The notes under the pieces are model-generated. The model worked only from the letters and a program-made list of their open reading frames with translations. It did not search any database and was not told the DNA's origin. 64,000 bases of DNA from contig OZ287068.1 of assembly GCA_965645245.1 (NCBI GenBank), positions 372,001 to 436,000 of the forward strand. The letters are read 5' to 3'. This DNA is from Massalongia carnosa. Taxonomy: Eukaryota. Shown here piece by piece: positions 60,531 to 64,000 of the stretch (positions are counted from its first letter, which is position 1; each line of letters starts with the position of its first letter). Position numbers and translations under genes: made by a program.

Positions 60531-61318
60531 GATGACTTATTGATTGACGGATTGGGCGACTTTTCAATGAATGATTGGTAAGCCGGCATAAGCCGAATTG
60601 CTTACATAACTCTTCATATCCTTTTTCTCCACGCTTTGCCATGTAGTGTGTATTCAGCATAATGATATCAATTCAATTTCCAAAAATTTCCAAAGCTCAA
60701 GAGATGGAGCTTAATCAAGTCCACTGTAGGCGATGGAGCTGGTCATAAGCTAAGGATATCGCCGAAACAATTAATGAGATGATTCGGCCCCAAGACCTCG
60801 AACGATTCGTGCTCTTGATAAGGAAATGCGCCAAAAGTCGGACTGCTATCCAGGACGGGCGAACTCGCCTCTTGGCGTGCATACCATAAAAGCGAAAGAC
60901 TCCAGTGTCCAGTCCAGGCAAATATGGTTGGTAGGATAACCTATTTATTAACGTAAAGACCCTTTCATTTTCTAAACCCCGAATCCCCTTTATGGGATGC
61001 AGTGGTATCTTTGACTTAATATGGGATCATTCGCTCCCGGGAGTAGGGAGCCATCGAGATTACGCTCTTGGTATGACTCATACCAAGGCCGTGAGACGGC
61101 CACGCAACGACGGACGCGTTGCGGTACCTGACCCTGCTTGGGGGCTTTAATCGTCCTCAAGCTATAATACTTCATATAGCTACTCTGTATATGTATATTT
61201 CTTTTCTTCGAACCACTTTAAGATATATTCTCGCATATGCACGGTCTTCCTGAATGCACGACCAACGCCCCTCATTTCCCGTTCATAAGCGCAAGCATTG
61301 TTTGAAAATCTGCAAGTC

Positions 61319-62959
61319 ATGAAAGTCGTTGTCATTGGTGGAGGCATCAGTGGGCTCGCGAGTTATCTCTTTCTCCAAAAACTGCTTTCGAACTCGCTTC
61401 TCTCGCCCGAGTCGGCCGTGGAAATCGTCTTGTACGAAACCTACGACTCCGGAAAACATGATCATGGCTCTGGGTCGTCCTCTCACGGAGAACCTACGGG
61501 ATTAGTTTCTGATATCATAGGTGGGGCGCTGGGCGTCGCTCCTAATGGTTTGAGGGTTCTGCGAGATCTAGATCCAAGCGTCTTTACGGCAGCCGTTAAC
61601 CAGGGCTACACAGTGTCTCATTTTTGGATTCGGAATGCACATGGGTGGAATCTTGCGCAACTTCCTGCAACGGATCATGGCAATCCACAGCTGCATACGG
61701 TACTGGTGAGTCGCCAAGGGTTGTGGAACCAACTACGAGATCAAGTTCCAGACGATGTCATTGTGCGAAAGAGGGTAACTAGAGTCACGTGTGGAGATAA
61801 CCAGCGTCCGCGGGTTTCGTTCGCCGACGGATCCCCAGACGTCGAGGCTGATCTAGTCGTGGGCGCCGATGGTGTCAAAAGCGTTGCGCGAAAGGCCGTT
61901 CTTCAACGCGATGGTGAAAATGCCAAATACAACGCCGTGTATGAGTAAGTTATGCGAAAAAGAAAACCTCGGACCTGAGCTTCTAATTTCAATTCCAGGG
62001 GCCTAGTGGGCGTTGGGGGGTTCATCCCAACGTCCGAGCTCTCTCCAGAGCAGGTTTCCGGAAGGCTGACCATGACATTTGGCCCCCAAGGTTTCTTCGG
62101 TTACGGGGTCTGCACCTCGACGCTTTTCACCCCGGCTTCTGCGTGTGAGAGTCCAACAAACGAGACTGAAACCTTAAGAGACGATACTCAAGCAACCGAG
62201 ACTCTCCTAACGCAGGCTCCTAATCCTGCCGGCCCCCAAGCGGTCTGGTGGTCGACCTACAGCATTGCCGACCTCCCCGACACTAAAACCTTTGACAGAG
62301 ATGACATCCGCCGTCAGCTGCGGTCCCGTCATTCCACTTGGGCAGACCCGACCATCCGTCGCATCGTCTCCACTGCTGCTATCGACTCCATCTACCCAAC
62401 CTGGACGACGCCTGACCTCCCAACCTGGGGTCGAAACGGTGTGGTGCTGGTCGGTGATGCTGCGCATGCTTTGCAGCCCAGCTCGGGCCAGGGAGCATCG
62501 CAAGCGCTCGAGGATGCGCAGATGCTCGCATTGCTACTCAAGCACTATATAGGCCTTTTACGACCCTCCAGCAACGGTGAAAACGATGATACAGCTATTA
62601 AAAACCCACCCGATGACAATTCGAATGCGGAAAGAAATGCCATCAACCAAGCTGTGAAAGCATATTTCCAGCTCCGTAGTCCCCGCGTGAAGCGCATTGC
62701 CGACCGCGCCAAATACACGGGGGATATGAAGCGGAAGAAGGGGCTGGTGGGGGAATGGTTGACGTATTTCTTCATCTGGCTTATTGGTGGGCATTCCTTA
62801 TCCCTTGTTGCTTGTGCACATAAGCTCAGGGTAAATAATTTATAGTACTAATGTTTATATTGTGCAGGGAAGTTGCCATCGGACTCCTTTACCGAATTTG
62901 TCGTCAACTATAGCGCTACGACGGAGGTTAAGAAGTTCTTTGCGGAGAAGAAACAATAA
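61319..62959 (+). CDS. FAD-dependent monooxygenase (group A, salicylate hydroxylase/zeaxanthin epoxidase-like), 3 exons
   Basis: VVVIGGGISGL (FAD-binding), ADLVVGADGVKS (DG motif), VVLVGDAAHALQPSSGQGASQALED (GD motif); introns about 61945-61999 and 62788-62867. Confidence 0.92.
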
Positions 62960-63165
62960 AGCGGGCTCCTACTTGTTGGTTCCCTGTCTTTTTTTCCCCG
63001 CTGTTTCCCCTTCTTCTCTCCTCTTCCCTCTTCTTACCACATTTCTCTTATCTCCCCTCATCGCATTCAACTCCCCTGTACCAAAAACAATAAAAAAATA
63101 AAAGAACTAAATACAAATCAAATCAAAAATCCAAACCAAACCCCCATTCCCAGCCCGCTCATCCG

Positions 63166-63197
<32 letters not shown>

Positions 63198-64000
63198 CTG
63201 CGAAAAACCCAATACAGAATCCCCACCCTTCGTATCTGTACCTAAAACACCAGAAAAGCGATCAGAAGCTGCTCGCAACAAGTGTCTTGAGTCTAAGAAT
63301 ATACTAATCAACGAATAGTCAATCTGCGTTAAATGAAGCGATAGAAAACTTCTTTACTTAATTTCGAACTTTGATTCGACTTCTTTTGAAACCTTTCAAG
63401 ACGAGCGTTGATCGTATTTCATCGCTTTTTTCTTTCTATTTCCTTCTTCGTTTCTTATCGTCAAGTCTTCTTCTCGAAATTCAAAGTTTCTATGACTTGT
63501 TCATTCTTTTTCTATGATTATTGTCGCTCTGACTCTTCGTCGATTTTTTCTATTCTTCGTACATACATACATACGTATTATCTTCATTTGAAAATCACAT
63601 TTCATATGTACTCGTATTATGCTCAGCCTCTGTCTCGAAATCGAAATCGAAATCAGTCACACATTCTCTCTAAGATTTTTCTCTTTATCATCATCCTCAG
63701 CATCAAAATCTCAATTTTTCATTTTTGATTCTTCACTCAACTCAAATCTTTCAAATCACATCAACCTATTCGAATCCCAGCATACTCACTCTCATTCCAT
63801 GTTCATCTTCTAACTGATGCGTGTTTCCTCTCCTGATTTCATTCTTGCCTAGCTCTTCCTGCAACTTCTCAAACCCCCATTTAAGTCTTGTTTCGTATTT
63901 CCTTCCTACCTTACCTCTTTCGCTTCTCCCCTCTCTTTTCCCACCTAACCCCATTCCTTCTCTGTTCGTGAAGAAGAAAAAGAAAAACCAAATCGAAACT

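Noticed and set aside
61319..64000. Secondary-metabolite cluster around the FAD monooxygenase
   Set aside because: No PKS, NRPS, terpene synthase, transporter or cluster regulator in the window; a cluster beyond the right edge cannot be excluded.
1..64000. Starship or other giant mobile element; tRNA or rRNA genes
   Set aside because: No tyrosine recombinase captain was recognised and core genes are interspersed; GTTCGA hits lack cloverleaf context.

Overview
Eukaryotic DNA from a filamentous ascomycete. It is intron-rich with GT-AG introns and CTRAY branch points; a lichen-forming lineage is plausible but is only inference. It carries about 14 protein-coding genes: the 3' end of PUS3/DEG1, a ZNFX1-like helicase with an RZ finger and two 5' lesions, RPC17, NOP58, VMA6, a C2H2 protein, an AT-hook protein, a CATCHR-like protein, a PARP6/8-like ADP-ribosyltransferase fused to a UBE2Q-type E2, stomatin, an AAA+ ATPase, a pseudokinase, an FAD monooxygenase and several hypothetical proteins. 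There are also three decayed gene remnants and a 7.3-kb transposon island (39720-46971) containing two Mutator-like elements with readable TIRs and TSDs, a LINE 3' fragment and a pogo/Fot1 element. Highlights: (1) the PARP-E2 fusion has an H-Y-H triad and an intact E2 Cys; (2) the ZNFX1 gene is broken only upstream of an intact helicase-NFX1-RZ module; (3) repeats show a non-canonical RIP-like signature (CC>TC / GG>GA), including a GG-free stretch at the window end; (4) the pogo element has ~225-bp inverted repeats that appear to include flanking DNA. All calls come from manual reading; no database searches were run.
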